Shown: positions 29,622 through 40,090, counted from the first letter of the stretch. The stretch is DNA of 64,000 nucleotides from Fibrobacteria bacterium (GCA_037447435.1 JBBIGR010000015.1:21283-85282); one strand, 5' to 3'. Notes: generated by a model from the sequence alone, not told the origin. Translations and numbers: made by a program.

Positions 29622-31805
29622 TTACCTGTTTTGGAAATGGCTGGCAAGATCGGTAAGCTGACGTTTGGATGGGGAAATTTTCGGCCCTTGGTGGCCGAGC
29701 CCTTTCATTGAAAGGGAAATCCTTCTTTTTTTCGCATCGACCTTGAGAATCCTGACATTGACAACATCGCCGACGGAAACCACCTGCTCCGCGGACTCGA
29801 CATAGGTATCCGCCAATTGCGAAATATGGATCAATCCGTCGCACACCGCATTGATATTGACAAATACGCCAAACGGAGTGATATTGGTAACCCTGCCGGT
29901 TACCACGGCATTTTCCTCGAGTTCAATGAGTTTTAGTTTTTTCTTGGGCTTGAAAAATCCGGTTGTTCCGCCGAATCGCTGCCCGGCGGCCAATTGCCCA
30001 ATCAGTTTTTTCTCAAGAAACAGTTTCCGAATGACATCGGACTCGGGAAACGACCGCACCGCCTCCGGATCCAAAACCAAAGAATCCTGCGCTATTTGAA
30101 GACCGTCGCAAATACTTTTGAGCCACGGAAAATGGTCTGGATGAACCATAGTCCGGTCCAGCGCATTTTCGGCTGTAGGAATCATGAAATATCCGGCCAA
30201 ACTTTTATACGCGCCGTCGGAAATTCCGTTAACTTTTGAAAGATCCTCTTTTTGGGAAAGACCGTTCTTGGCACAATGCGCAATAATTTCCTTTTTCAAA
30301 TCAGCGGAAATAAACGGCTCCATATTTACCGAGTTCAGCGAATCGGCACAATCTGCCGAAGAAATGCCGCTCGCAAGATGCTTATCGCAAATAATTCGAT
30401 CGACAAGCTGTGAAACTTTTTCCTTCGAAATACAATGCTGCAAGGGGTGAAAGGAAAAATATTCCACGCCGATTTTCGAAATAAGATGCGCCGGTTGAAT
30501 ATGGGATATTGCGGCACCAAAAACATTTTGCATCGGCTCTTCCAGATCGGAATATTCCTTTTTCATCCATTCGGACGATGCAATTTCCGGAAAATCGACA
30601 GGCTTATCGACAAATGTTATTTGAGACGTATTTTGAATCGAATCAAGAGTTTTCTTGACAATGGCTTCTGCCGCATTTGCATCTTCATTGTTCACGATAA
30701 GAATTGCCGACGGTTTATAACGCATGACGAACTGTTTCAAACGTTCGCTCGCCACCGGTTTATCGAGCACGATCTTCTTTTCGGAAGCTGCACCGCTGAG
30801 ACGGCCGCGATCGGTGCAAACGACCAACGCAAATTGTTTTTTATCTATGATGCCGCATGAACAATAGGATTTTTCCTCTGCCTCAACGGACATTTGCTTC
30901 CCAAAGGCCTGCATGACGGGACGAAGCATGGCCTCCTCGGCCTCGTTGCGCAGTCGGATTTTCACATCGCGTTCGGCAATGGGTTGCAATAAGCGCAACC
31001 AAGCATCGTCTATTGCTTCGGCAATGAGCTGAAAAGCGGAAGAATCCGGATTAACGACAAAATGATGTTTGAGAAGTTCGGTGATGCGAAACAATTGTAC
31101 CGAAAGTTTTAATCGGATTTCTTTTTTATCTTCCGCGGCAAGAAGCGTAAGCAATTCTTCCTGCGATAATTCGCGTATGACAATAAGCTTGCCGACATAT
31201 TTCGAAAATTCACCCGATTTGTTTTTGGGGGTCACTTCGAAAAAACCGTCGTCGTACATGAATTCGCGCACCATGGTACGCGCGGTTTCATCATAGGCAA
31301 ACCGTTCGGCGATAATATCTTTAACGCCGGCAATGACGTCGTCGGCGCTTTTAAGCGAGGGATCGGTGCAATATGCGGCGGCGCATTCTTCCAAGGGGGG
31401 CAGATTTTCTTCTTGTGCAAGGATTTTGTCGGCAAAAACACCCAAACCTTTTTTCAACGCCAGCTGCCCTTTACTTCTCGGATTTACGCGTTCGGGCAAA
31501 AGCATATCGTCGAGTTCGAATTCATTGGTCAGATGCGTGATGCGGGCTTCGAGCTCAGGGGTAAACTTTTCGCTTTTCTTTAGCGCGTTAATGAGTCGTT
31601 TTTTCTTTGAAGCAAGGTTGGAGGCAATGAACAGAAAATCGTAAATGCGCCATACGCCCCAAACGTCAAGTTCAGAACATATAATAGTATTATAGTCTGC
31701 ACAATAATTCGGCATCAACCCCTTTTCGAAGCAATCGCACAATTCACGCGCGCATGCTTCGGAAACGGAAAACGTATCGGCGATGTATTTGGAAAATTCT
31801 TTCAT
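29622..31805 (-). CDS. divergent Tex-like protein with C-terminal S1 domain
   Basis: Tex-like layout, LDRTMVHP, GRVTNITPFGVFVNI..DGLIHISQL S1 domain. Confidence 0.8.
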   Translation of the reverse strand: MKEFSKYIADTFSVSEACARELCDCFEKGLMPNYCADYNTIICSELDVWGVWRIYDFLFIASNLASKKKRLINALKKSEKFTPELEARITHLTNEFELDDMLLPERVNPRSKGQLALKKGLGVFADKILAQEENLPPLEECAAAYCTDPSLKSADDVIAGVKDIIAERFAYDETARTMVREFMYDDGFFEVTPKNKSGEFSKYVGKLIVIRELSQEELLTLLAAEDKKEIRLKLSVQLFRITELLKHHFVVNPDSSAFQLIAEAIDDAWLRLLQPIAERDVKIRLRNEAEEAMLRPVMQAFGKQMSVEAEEKSYCSCGIIDKKQFALVVCTDRGRLSGAASEKKIVLDKPVASERLKQFVMRYKPSAILIVNNEDANAAEAIVKKTLDSIQNTSQITFVDKPVDFPEIASSEWMKKEYSDLEEPMQNVFGAAISHIQPAHLISKIGVEYFSFHPLQHCISKEKVSQLVDRIICDKHLASGISSADCADSLNSVNMEPFISADLKKEIIAHCAKNGLSQKEDLSKVNGISDGAYKSLAGYFMIPTAENALDRTMVHPDHFPWLKSICDGLQIAQDSLVLDPEAVRSFPESDVIRKLFLEKKLIGQLAAGQRFGGTTGFFKPKKKLKLIELEENAVVTGRVTNITPFGVFVNINAVCDGLIHISQLADTYVESAEQVVSVGDVVNVRILKVDAKKRRISLSMKGLGHQGPKISPSKRQLTDLASHFQNR

Positions 31806-31943
31806 GACCCTTACAGTGCGGGGTACTAGACCCGGCAGCCAACGCCTTGCGCAAAGGCAATTTTATTACACAGGATGTTTATAGTGGTCTGTGTCACGCG
31901 GAATTAAAACTACACAATGCCATCGATCTGCGCAATAATAAAC

Positions 31944-31975
31944 AAAAAGCGGACAGAAATTAACCTGTCCGCTTT
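31944..31975 (-). terminator. rho-independent terminator after the small basic ORF
   Basis: AAAGCGGACAG ... CTGTCCGCTTT stem with a U-tract on the minus strand. Confidence 0.75.
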
Positions 31976-32006
31976 GCCGACATACGAGACCGAAAAAAAA
32001 AGAAAT

Positions 32007-32087
32007 TTATTTTTTCTTTTTCTTTGCGACTTTTTTCACTGCTTTTTTTGCAACCGCTTTCTTAGCAACTTTTTTCTTGGCTGGCAC
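32007..32087 (-). CDS. 26-aa Lys/Ala/Val-rich small basic protein (histone H1 tail-like)
   Basis: AGGAGG RBS, GTG start, MPAKKKVAKKAVAKKAVKKVAKKKKK, TAA, terminator downstream; absent from the ORF track. Confidence 0.75.
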   Translation of the reverse strand: MPAKKKVAKKAVAKKAVKKVAKKKKK

Positions 32088-32305
32088 GTCAGCACCTCCT
32101 TTAAAATGATGGAATGTTAAACTTCAGCTGCTACGTTCGCAGCTGTCTATGATAAACATTTTGATTCGATTTGCGTTTTAGCTTTTGATTTACTTTTGAG
32201 ATTATCGCCGATTCACAATCATTATCTACATATAATAATAACCTCAAAAAGAATCAATGTCAACAACAAAGTTAAATATTTATCGTTTTTTTTAACAGCA
32301 CGCGA

Positions 32306-32983
32306 TTACGCGAAATTAACTTTTGTGTTACGTTTTTTCATGACTTCGTTTATCACGTCTATTGCTTCCTGAGGATCGTCGGTAGTATTGATGATATCGA
32401 AGTCTTCTTTCGAAATATATCGTTCACCGTACATACTGTCGTGCAGCCACGTATCGAGACCTTTCCAATATTCCTTACCCATCATGACAAGGGGCAAATA
32501 CGTGCTTTTTTGCGTTTGTATAAGGGTAAGGGCTTCGAACAATTCGTCCATTGTTCCGAACCCGCCGGGCAACACGATCACCGCGGAAGTGTATTTGAGG
32601 AACATTACCTTTCTACAAAAGAAATGCTTAAAACTCAACAGCAATTTTATATATTTGTTCGGCGCTTGCTCAAACGGCAATTGAATATTCAGCCCGACCG
32701 ACATGCCGTTGGCTTCTTGTGCGCCGCGGTTCGCAGCCTCCATGATGCCGCCGCCGCCGCCGGTAATTACGCCGTACCCGTTTTCGACGGCACGCTTGGC
32801 GACTTCGCGCGCCATTTTGTAATACTTGTCGTTTTCAGGTGTGCGGGCAGAACCGAAAATCGTAACGCAAGGCCCGATTTTCGAAAGCGTTTCAAAGCCA
32901 TCAACGAATTCCGCCATGATCCTGAAGATCCTCCAGGTATCATCATGTGTCAACTCTCCGTTTTTTCCGTTCGTACCGTTCAT
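32306..32983 (-). CDS. LOG family (TIGR00730-like) nucleotide phosphoribohydrolase
   Basis: IFGSAR, TGGGGGIMEAAN, PGGFGTMDE. Confidence 0.93.
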   Translation of the reverse strand: MNGTNGKNGELTHDDTWRIFRIMAEFVDGFETLSKIGPCVTIFGSARTPENDKYYKMAREVAKRAVENGYGVITGGGGGIMEAANRGAQEANGMSVGLNIQLPFEQAPNKYIKLLLSFKHFFCRKVMFLKYTSAVIVLPGGFGTMDELFEALTLIQTQKSTYLPLVMMGKEYWKGLDTWLHDSMYGERYISKEDFDIINTTDDPQEAIDVINEVMKKRNTKVNFA

Positions 32984-33159
32984 AGGTGTTTTCCTCGCTT
33001 CCTGTGCTGAGATTCCCTATCAGAGCTTATATTTATCGATTATATTGTAATATATTAATTTTGTCCATCGAAACATCGCAACCGGACGGTTTAAACCGCG
33101 ATTTTCGCTTTTCGTATAGATACTTTTTCCCAGGACACTACCAAAAAGGCTTTTACGGA

Positions 33160-33678
33160 ATGGAAACAGATCACATAGAAAAACGGATCAAACAGATACT
33201 GGGATCGTGCCCTCCCCAGTTTATTGCCGTAAACGTGGCGCGACAATCGCTCACCCACGTGCAAGGGCCCAACCGTTTCAAACAGTATCGCATCTCGACA
33301 TCCCGGTTCGGCATCGGCAACCGTGAAAATTCCCTGATGACGCCGAGGGGGCTTCATCGCATAGCGGAAAAATACGGCCACGATGCCCCTAAAGGCAGGG
33401 TATTCCGCGACCGCCTTGACACAGGCGAAGACTGGCCTATCGGCGAACCGGGGGAAAACCTCATTCTTACGCGCATTCTTCGGCTCGAAGGTCTCGAGGA
33501 AGGCACCAATCGCGGGCAGGGCATCGATTCGTTCGAGCGGTATATCTACATCCACGGCACCAATAACGAAAGATCAATCGGTTTGCCCGCTTCTCACGGA
33601 TGCGTGTGCATGAAAAACGACGATATTATTGAATTGTTCGACTCGGTTTTGGAGGGTACCATTGTATTTATCGATTAA
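33160..33678 (+). CDS. L,D-transpeptidase (YkuD family)
   Basis: TPRG, IYIHGT..SHGCVCM; start placed at METDH. Confidence 0.85.
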   Translation: METDHIEKRIKQILGSCPPQFIAVNVARQSLTHVQGPNRFKQYRISTSRFGIGNRENSLMTPRGLHRIAEKYGHDAPKGRVFRDRLDTGEDWPIGEPGENLILTRILRLEGLEEGTNRGQGIDSFERYIYIHGTNNERSIGLPASHGCVCMKNDDIIELFDSVLEGTIVFID

Positions 33679-35041
33679 AGAAAAACAATGCGGTTCGTTG
33701 TACTTCGTCGGCATCCTCGGCTCGGGCATGAGTGCGATTGCGCAGTACTGCGCATGGGCGAAAATCCGGGTTTGCGGATCGGACCGGTTGCAGGGTTCAT
33801 CGGATGTCAATGAACTCGGCGATAAACTCGCCGCCCTCGGCTGCACGTTGTTTCCCCAAGACGGAAGCGGCATCACGACCGCCGTCGATGCGGTCGTGGT
33901 ATCAACGGCCATCGAAGACACAAATCCCGATATCGCTGCCGCGAAAAAGCTGGGCATTCCGGTGTATCATCGTTCCGACGTCCTTGCCGCAATCGTCGAA
34001 ACCAAACGCTGCATCGCAGTCGCAGGCACCAGCGGGAAATCCACTGTCACGGCAATGATATGGGAATTTTTATTTGCATGCGGCAAAAACCCTTCCCTCA
34101 TTTCAGGCGCGCCCCTTCTGTGCCTGGAAGAAAAAGGCCTGGTCGGCAATGCCTACTGGGGCGAATCGGACCTTCTTGTCATCGAGGCGGACGAAAGCGA
34201 CGGCACGCTTGTCAAATACCATCCCGCAACGAGCGTTATTCTCAATATTTCAAAAGACCATAAACCGGTTCCGGAAACATTGCAGTTGTTCAAAACCCTG
34301 GCATCGCAGTCGCAAACCGTTGTCGTCAATGCCGACGACAAACAACTGACCGTCATCCCAAGCGTACAATCGTTCGGCATTGCGAAAAACGCTGCGGTGT
34401 TTCCCAGCGCGGTACATTTTCTGAGCCCCTATGTTTCATTCAGCCGAAACGGGCGGGTATTCGATTTGCCGCTCCCGGGAAAACATAATCTGTCGAATTG
34501 CCTGGCCGCAATTGCTATTTGCGAATTGGAAGATTGCCGGTCCGACGCTCTTGCCGACGCGGTGCGGGCGTTCAAAGGAGTGTATCGCAGGTTTTCGGTA
34601 ACCGAACTTCCAAACGGCATTACCGTCATAGACGATTACGCGCATAATCCGGAAAAAATCCGTGCCGCAATCGAAGCCGCCCAGGGATTTTCCAAACGAC
34701 TCATTGCGGTTTTCCAACCGCACGGATTTGGCCCCACTCGTTTTCTCAAAGACGATCTTGTCGCCGTGTTTTCCGAAACATTACGGAAGGACGACATCTT
34801 GTTCTTACTGCCGATTTACTATGCGGGAGGAACCGCGCAAAAGGACATTTCGTCCGACGACATCGTTTCGCTTGTCAAAGCAAACGGCAAAGCCGCGTTT
34901 GTCGCGTCCGACCGACCCGATTTGATGCACCGGATCAAGTCACTGATACTTCCGCAAAATACCGTCTTGGTCATGGGCGCACGCGACCCGTCGCTTGGAT
35001 CATTGGCAAAGGAATTGTGCCAAACGCTTTCCGCATCATGA
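33662..35041 (+). CDS. MurC/Mpl-like UDP-MurNAc-amino acid ligase
   Basis: GILGSGMSA, GTSGKST, EADESDG, DDYAHNP, FQPHG; TTG start after GGAGG. Confidence 0.85.
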   Translation: MYLSIKEKQCGSLYFVGILGSGMSAIAQYCAWAKIRVCGSDRLQGSSDVNELGDKLAALGCTLFPQDGSGITTAVDAVVVSTAIEDTNPDIAAAKKLGIPVYHRSDVLAAIVETKRCIAVAGTSGKSTVTAMIWEFLFACGKNPSLISGAPLLCLEEKGLVGNAYWGESDLLVIEADESDGTLVKYHPATSVILNISKDHKPVPETLQLFKTLASQSQTVVVNADDKQLTVIPSVQSFGIAKNAAVFPSAVHFLSPYVSFSRNGRVFDLPLPGKHNLSNCLAAIAICELEDCRSDALADAVRAFKGVYRRFSVTELPNGITVIDDYAHNPEKIRAAIEAAQGFSKRLIAVFQPHGFGPTRFLKDDLVAVFSETLRKDDILFLLPIYYAGGTAQKDISSDDIVSLVKANGKAAFVASDRPDLMHRIKSLILPQNTVLVMGARDPSLGSLAKELCQTLSAS

Positions 35042-35079
35042 CAAAGAGCCTCGACTCAAATTGAGTCGAGGCTCTTTGT
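35041..35079. terminator. bidirectional terminator
   Basis: ACAAAGAGCCTCGACTCAA-A-TTGAGTCGAGGCTCTTTGT between convergent genes. Confidence 0.8.
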
Positions 35080-35109
35080 TTCACTGCTAAAAATGCACCG
35101 GCTGCTTTT

Positions 35110-38100
35110 TTACCGGACCATTACCTTTTGAACAATGGATTGCGCAGTTGCTGCGTTACGTACCTTTACAAAATACATTCCTGCAACCATGCTTTTAGCA
35201 CCCACGGTTACCTTGCTTGCGCCTTGCACTTCTTTCGCCGCGACCATTTTCCCCAACATATCGAAGACACTGATGGAAAAATTAGTTTTGCCCGGCATTT
35301 TAACCACGATACCTTGCGAAGGAACATAAGAGAAAGACATATTCTTTATTTGGCCGAGGTTGCTCATGGTCATAGATTCTATACCGGTCAATCCGATTAG
35401 CGGTCCGTTATCATTGACGGTCACACCGGTAACTTCAAGGTCTACACCCGCATTACCGGCGTCCTTTGAATCGAATTGGAGAGAGATGTTTTGCGTTTCG
35501 CCGGGAAAAAGCGTTATATAATTGGTACTGAAATACGTCGGCAATACTCGGGGATCAACATAGCTCGCACCTGACCCTGTTTCGACGACACCGTGTTTGA
35601 GAAGGGTCAAATGAATCATATGACCGACTTTATTCGTTGACGTATTCGAAACTACCGCGGTAATCGTATTCGTAGTTCCCGATTTCGTCGCATTGATTCC
35701 GGTAACCGTCAAATCCTGACCAACGGTCAGTTTAGCCAAGTCTTTCAAGGTTTTCAATTGAGACCAATCGTTTCCTTTGCCCCGGGCATACACATTCTTG
35801 GAAATAACTTTTCCGGTGCCGTCCTTGAAAATGCAATTCATGAAATAGCCGCTTGTCGATGAAATGGAATTGTTAATCTGGACGTTGGAATATGTTTTTG
35901 CAAGCGGCGCAAACGAGCTGACCGTACTTGTTTGGGTCGCGGCTTTCACAATTCCGGTCGTGCTCATATTCCAGATTTCGCAACTTGCGGTTCCATTGAC
36001 CGCCGTCAACGTATTATTGATCACATCGAGGTAGTGATTATTATCGGTAGTGTTGAAGGTTGCCTGAATATGAATGGGTTCGCAGGCATTTTGCAATCCG
36101 TAATACGCACCATTGCAATCAAGATAGGAGTCGTATGACTGCCAGACATTGCTCGGCCAAGAACTGTTCGACATCCATATCAATATTCCGCCGGTCCTTA
36201 CGTTCGGTGAAACAGCTCCGATTAAAGAGTTCCACGCTTCAAACATAGCGCGATAGCCGTCGTAATTCATGCATTGCGCATACTTGCAGAATTCTTTTGA
36301 ATTGCCAAGATTATCTCCCGGATATACCGGTGCGTAATTGGCGGCCATAAAGGCGCAGAAAGCATCGCCCTGCATTGCGCTGGCACCGCAGAAATCATGC
36401 CAACCCCAGAAATTGCTCGAAACGTTGTTCGAACCGTCGAAAACCGGCCATAAATTTGCCTGGGACAATGTTTTCCGTGCTGTTCTGTCAAGCCATACGG
36501 ACGTCTGCCCGACTTCCGTCGTAAATCCTTTTTGCTGCGGTTCGCCGAAAATACTGTTCGGATTGCGCCAGCCGTACGGGCCGTTGCCGTGAAGCCCCTG
36601 AGTCGCATTTGTCGAATAAGTCACAAACGGCATTCCGTGATGCAATGTGTCGATCATATTTTGAAGCCCGTTATCGATTGCGGATCCCCGGTCGCCTTCA
36701 TTAGCTGCGCAATAGATCGCTTCGCACGGTTCGTTGCGATACCGCTTGATTCGCTCCATGGCATGATTAAGAAAGAGATTAACGTCGTTTGGCAACGGGC
36801 CGTCAACCGGGTTCGGACACCAGAATTCGTCGTACATCATAATACCGTATTCACTTGCCAAATCGTAAAAAAGTTCGCGATCGGTTTGGCCCACCCAATT
36901 ACGAATCATGGTCACATTGGAGTTCTTGGACAATTTCATTTGTGCCGTCAGATGAGCGGGGTCCCAACGTTTCATCGCCTCGTCCATTCCCCAGTTTCCA
37001 CCTTTACACATAACATATTTATCGTTGCAATAAATATTCAAAAACGATCCGACGAGATTCGACGTGATTTTACGACAACCGAATTTCACCGATACGGAGT
37101 CCGAAAGTGTCGTGCCTTCGGTGAAGCTGAATTGACAGGTATACCGGTTCTGAGGACCGTATCCGTTCGGCCACCACAGGGCGGGATTTGCAATGGTCAC
37201 GGGATTGAGCTTGACAATCTGCTTCTGATTCGCGGCAAGCGTCACCGCCGCTGAAACAGTCTGGCCGTTGTTGAGCGTTGCGGTAAACGTTCCCGAAACA
37301 GAGGCTGCCGTGGCATTTTCAAGCTGAGCCGAAATTGCGACGCTTGCCGATGAATAATCGGACGACAATGTCGGATTGATATAAGGTTCGCGAATTGATA
37401 TCGAACCTTTTGGTTCAAGTATGACCTGATCATAAATGCCGATATCGCGGTCGGGAACCGTCGGAATCCAGTCCCAGCCTTCGGAACATATAAACGTAGG
37501 TCCATCGCCCGAAAGCGATCCGCCGTTGTTTTTATGGTCACGTGCCGTGGGTTGATGCCATGCGCGCAGATTTGCACTGGAGTTGGGATAAATGAACACT
37601 GCTAAGGCATTTTGACCGGTAAAAGAAGCAACCGACGTGATGTTAAACCTGAACGGCTTAAAGGCCCCGACCGACGTTGCATTGCCTTCCTGATCGTTGA
37701 TATGGGTACCGTTGACCCATATTTGCGCCTTATAATTGATACCTTTGAAACGCAGCCATATCTGTCGCCCATTGAAACTGGGATCAATTGTAAATGTGGT
37801 CCGATACCAGAATCCGTAATTATTGCTTGCCGCATGCATGGCAATATCTTTGTTCTGTTCAAACAATTGGGTTGCAATATTCCGATCGACATACGGATTG
37901 GAAAATTTTCCCGCATCAACGTAGGTTGAGAAAACCGTACCAGGCACCGTAGCGGCGCACCACGCAGTGGTCGGCGCGTATGCTGCCGTTGAAATCGTTG
38001 CTCCCGCATCTGCAATGCCTGGGACTATGGCAGCAGCGCTTGACGCCGCCATTTGCCACGCATTCGTCCCTGTAGTAAGATCGATACGGGCCTGCGCAAA

Positions 38101-38157
38101 AAGAATTCCCGCACAAAGCAGTATCATTAATCCGGAACTAAAACTTTTTACTTTCAT
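35110..38157 (-). CDS. GH2 glycoside hydrolase (beta-mannosidase/exo-beta-glucosaminidase-type) with T9SS-like C-terminal domain
   Basis: Signal peptide; FKGINY, GWDW, LWWPNGYG, KGGNWG, ANE and TTEVG; VFDMLGK..GMYFVKV..QKVMVR. Confidence 0.88.
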   Translation of the reverse strand: MKVKSFSSGLMILLCAGILFAQARIDLTTGTNAWQMAASSAAAIVPGIADAGATISTAAYAPTTAWCAATVPGTVFSTYVDAGKFSNPYVDRNIATQLFEQNKDIAMHAASNNYGFWYRTTFTIDPSFNGRQIWLRFKGINYKAQIWVNGTHINDQEGNATSVGAFKPFRFNITSVASFTGQNALAVFIYPNSSANLRAWHQPTARDHKNNGGSLSGDGPTFICSEGWDWIPTVPDRDIGIYDQVILEPKGSISIREPYINPTLSSDYSSASVAISAQLENATAASVSGTFTATLNNGQTVSAAVTLAANQKQIVKLNPVTIANPALWWPNGYGPQNRYTCQFSFTEGTTLSDSVSVKFGCRKITSNLVGSFLNIYCNDKYVMCKGGNWGMDEAMKRWDPAHLTAQMKLSKNSNVTMIRNWVGQTDRELFYDLASEYGIMMYDEFWCPNPVDGPLPNDVNLFLNHAMERIKRYRNEPCEAIYCAANEGDRGSAIDNGLQNMIDTLHHGMPFVTYSTNATQGLHGNGPYGWRNPNSIFGEPQQKGFTTEVGQTSVWLDRTARKTLSQANLWPVFDGSNNVSSNFWGWHDFCGASAMQGDAFCAFMAANYAPVYPGDNLGNSKEFCKYAQCMNYDGYRAMFEAWNSLIGAVSPNVRTGGILIWMSNSSWPSNVWQSYDSYLDCNGAYYGLQNACEPIHIQATFNTTDNNHYLDVINNTLTAVNGTASCEIWNMSTTGIVKAATQTSTVSSFAPLAKTYSNVQINNSISSTSGYFMNCIFKDGTGKVISKNVYARGKGNDWSQLKTLKDLAKLTVGQDLTVTGINATKSGTTNTITAVVSNTSTNKVGHMIHLTLLKHGVVETGSGASYVDPRVLPTYFSTNYITLFPGETQNISLQFDSKDAGNAGVDLEVTGVTVNDNGPLIGLTGIESMTMSNLGQIKNMSFSYVPSQGIVVKMPGKTNFSISVFDMLGKMVAAKEVQGASKVTVGAKSMVAGMYFVKVRNAATAQSIVQKVMVR

Positions 38158-38280
38158 ACATCACCTCTTACGGTTAATTTTATTAATAAACAGTTTACAA
38201 GTTCTATTCGGCATTTTCCAATGTTCGTTTCGATAAACGTAACGAGCGCTCATAGGAACCGCACCCTGGAAGGGCACGGT

Positions 38281-39726
38281 TCAAAACGAACCCTCGACTT
38301 TAAATCTCCAATACCAGTCGGAATGATATCGGTATGTTTCCTCAAAATCAACGTTGGGACCGTAATCCGTTTCATCAAGATCGAAAACATTGTCGCGGGC
38401 AAATGCAAGCGTTGCGGCAAAATGTCCCATGAAACTTTTTTTAATGTAAATGGACCATTTCGTGTTTTCATTTAAATCCGGTCCCCAGCCGTTCGAATTG
38501 TAGTGTTGGGGAACATAGACCTTTCTTGCGTCGTAAAATTCATTTGCGAACGGATTGTCCCAAAATTGAACTTCGGCACTGATTACATCGATAAAATTGA
38601 AGCCGGGGAAATTAAATCCGAGCATAAACGGAATTCGTTGATTTCTGTTTTCATAGGGGTGCTTAAGGAGACTTGTGTCCGGATCTTCATTAACGATATT
38701 GTCCCATCCGAGCACGCAGAATTCCCCGTACAACCGTAAATCGTTTGGCCCGAACAATTTCGAATCTCTAAAAAACGCCTTTGGATCAATACAAAAACGG
38801 CCCATTACCTTTGTTCCTGTAAAGGAATAATAGGTGCTGTCGAATGCGACGGCGGTATCGTTGCCGCCCGCGGCATTAGGCGTTACCACGAGACGGCGGT
38901 TTTTCTGGTACATATTCGTCGAAGCATCCTGCGGTGTCGTAAGATTGGGATCTACCGGAAACAGATGCGATCCGCTTATGCCGCCGCCGATTGTTAAAAA
39001 ACCCTTGAACAAATTCAAGGATGTCAAATAGGTCAGGGCGAAATCTTCACGAGGATAGAAAAATGTTTCGCTGTTGATTATGAGGTCCTGATGCCACAGG
39101 CTGTCGAAAAGATCGCTTGAAACCTGGACACCTAATAGTCGTGCGTACGCCTGGTCGAAAATATTGTATATGTAGTCGGGATAACATTGACTTCTGAACA
39201 TATATTCCCCGAGGTCGCGGACATCCGGGTTATATTTGTATTTAAAATAGCCGACCTTTACACTCATGACCGGATTTGCAAGGTCGCCGATATTCACGCC
39301 GAAATATGTTTCATTGAGATAAGCATCATATTTTGCCTTCAGGTCTCTTTCCATCGGGTCGGTCAGATTTATCGGGTAGGGGTAATACAAACGCAATTCC
39401 GGGCTAATAACCATATGATATCTATCGTTAATTGTCAAGTCGGCTTCAAGATTTGAATACACCCGCTGACGCCACACATGCTGAAATTGGCGATCGACGG
39501 GCCCGTGTCCGTTATACAATTGCCCCAGTTCAAAACTTCCCCATCCGTGAATCTTAAACGATAATCCCTGATCATCATTTTTCACACCTGTCGAAGTCCC
39601 AGACTTTTCCGTAGTCGCCGACTTTACCGGGTCGGGTACCAGCGAATCGTCCTGGCCAAAAACAGCCCCATAGACCACACAGCAAACCATGGCACTAACG
39701 GTCATTAGTGACTTTAAGAGTTTCAT
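38281..39726 (-). CDS. hypothetical outer membrane beta-barrel protein
   Basis: Signal peptide, aromatic-rich alternating beta-strands, C-terminal WYWRFKVEGSF. Confidence 0.65.
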   Translation of the reverse strand: MKLLKSLMTVSAMVCCVVYGAVFGQDDSLVPDPVKSATTEKSGTSTGVKNDDQGLSFKIHGWGSFELGQLYNGHGPVDRQFQHVWRQRVYSNLEADLTINDRYHMVISPELRLYYPYPINLTDPMERDLKAKYDAYLNETYFGVNIGDLANPVMSVKVGYFKYKYNPDVRDLGEYMFRSQCYPDYIYNIFDQAYARLLGVQVSSDLFDSLWHQDLIINSETFFYPREDFALTYLTSLNLFKGFLTIGGGISGSHLFPVDPNLTTPQDASTNMYQKNRRLVVTPNAAGGNDTAVAFDSTYYSFTGTKVMGRFCIDPKAFFRDSKLFGPNDLRLYGEFCVLGWDNIVNEDPDTSLLKHPYENRNQRIPFMLGFNFPGFNFIDVISAEVQFWDNPFANEFYDARKVYVPQHYNSNGWGPDLNENTKWSIYIKKSFMGHFAATLAFARDNVFDLDETDYGPNVDFEETYRYHSDWYWRFKVEGSF

Positions 39727-39949
39727 TTCATCTCCCCTTTCGTTATATGTTCTCAGGTCGGTTTCCTTGCGTAAATAATATACCGGATTTTTTAAAAAAT
39801 ATTCAAAATAATTTTAATTTAATGCCATTTAAAAGTGTCATATTAATTAAATTTCCTTACTTTTCAATACTTTACACATGATTTTTAAATTGCCAATTTT
39901 TAAAATATTTTTAAATTTTTTTATTATAATTGCGATTTTCCGTTCATTT

Positions 39950-39965
39950 ACATGTGTATACATTT
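39950..39965. promoter_or_regulatory. NagR/DasR-like operator box
   Basis: ACATGTGTATACATTT upstream of the barrel-GH2 genes. Confidence 0.5.
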
Positions 39966-40090
39966 TGTATACGAATAAATTAAAAAAAACGAGTTTAAAG
40001 AATCGAATAAAAGTACATACTTTTTCAATACAGCTGCAAGAAATGTTTTAAAATTATATTAAATTATTTTCCATAAAGTTATAAACAATT

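Noticed and set aside
31917..32120. 67-aa plus-strand Phe-rich ORF
   Set aside because: Antisense of the Lys-rich peptide gene, which has the RBS and terminator
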